This document shows, one piece after another, positions 63,253 to 64,000 of a stretch of 64,000 nt of DNA. Numbering within the stretch: position 1 is the stretch's first letter; each line of letters begins with the position of its first letter. The notes beneath the pieces are model-generated. The model was not told the DNA's origin, did no database searches, and saw only the letters and a program-made list of their open reading frames with translations. The stretch covers positions 71,653,000 to 71,716,999 of the forward strand of contig NC_068985.1 of the NCBI RefSeq assembly GCF_001194135.2, read 5' to 3'. Made by a program: the position numbers and the translations under genes. This DNA comes from Octopus bimaculoides. Lineage: Eukaryota.

Positions 63253-64000
63253 TCCTCCAACTATGTCACTACTTTCATCATATACTTTTACATATATATA
63301 TATATATATATACGTCTTTACATATTTATATATGTATATTCATTTATATATTCTAAACTTCCAATAAATAATGGAAGTTTAGATATAGTTTCTATGATTT
63401 TACACATTCCTGTATGCACACACATGCACATAAACACACATACACTAACAAAGATACATACTAAAATACAGTGTATATGTAAGCAATAAGGACTAGATGG
63501 CCACAGCTAGGGTCCTTTAGTCAAAGAATGAGGGTAATGCCCATGACCTTATTCAGGGCCTTCAAAACTAAACAGGAGAACAGGAACTTATCCTCAGGTA
63601 TGTGAATGCTTGCAGCAGAGTGAACTCTGCTGAAGGAACCCAAGGCCAAGTTGGTGGTAGTAAACCAGAAAGCAATCTACCACCCGAGGTCCAACCTGGG
63701 GCTAAAGAATGTAAACAACATCCAATTGGGCTTCAGATTACATCCTACCATTGTATAAAAAGAAAGGGCACATTAGATAATGTACTGCTAGATAGATTAT
63801 ATCTGCAAAAATTTGGAAGGTTTCAGCTGGTATTTTTTTGATACAGGACTAGTGGATCAGGGCTGCAGGAATGGCCTAGGATGTAAATTACAAAAACAAT
63901 CACAGAAGCAGATAAAGTGTTCCCCATATTCACTAGATTAATGTTAACATCTTCCTCTAGACTTGCCATCTGAAATTATTTTATATAATTTCATGCTTGC

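Noticed and set aside
63602-63841. 79-aa ORF near the window end
   Set aside because: It largely overlaps family C repeat fragments and has no recognisable domain.
18615-63969. Other small minus-strand AG...GT open segments (for example 18615-18649 HSIARRNPMLI, about 21681-21728 RVKKFHCKQQMHESL, about 32877-32911 DLADSEIHSKE, 63934-63969 MASLEEDVNINL)
   Set aside because: Segments of 35-48 nt with splice-like ends arise often by chance in 50 kb. None has a recognisable homolog; they need RNA-seq before being called exons.
1-64000. CRISPR arrays, operons, rRNA or prokaryotic defence systems
   Set aside because: No regularly spaced direct repeats with unique spacers and no gene-dense coding blocks; this is eukaryotic repeat-rich DNA.

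Overview
AT-rich, microsatellite-rich metazoan genomic DNA, not prokaryotic. The SINE/LINE repertoire suggests an octopod cephalopod (Octopus-like, short-read assembly); this is an inference from recalled repeat families. There are ten N-gaps (739-935, 13101-13360, 26214-26223, 37747-38223, 39029-39336, 46907-47380, 50818-50827, 55364-55881, 58175-58333, 62045-62620), most flanked by (TA)n or (CA)n. No supplied ORF is a convincing host gene; they are microsatellite or gap read-throughs, or transposon relics. The window is dominated by decayed mobile DNA: four tRNA-headed SINE families (working labels A, B, D, G), one headless (AAC)n-tailed repeat (C), RTE LINE fragments and tails, two Penelope-like (GIY-YIG) relics, two RLE/CRE-like non-LTR 3' ends, Tc1/mariner relics and MITEs, and hAT and piggyBac-type MITEs, often nested. 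Main signals: (i) a CpG-retention to CpG-decay transition at about 11-15 kb that coincides with a candidate terminal coding exon on the minus strand (11272-11369), suggesting the right ~50 kb is a long methylated gene body; (ii) a Penelope-like element with twin-priming-style inversion geometry; (iii) two apparently independent RTE-tail insertions at the same site of one piggyBac-type MITE; (iv) a near-perfect 69-bp-arm hairpin at the window start; (v) a Tc1 relic with D36E spacing. I found no evidence for a new multi-gene biological system.
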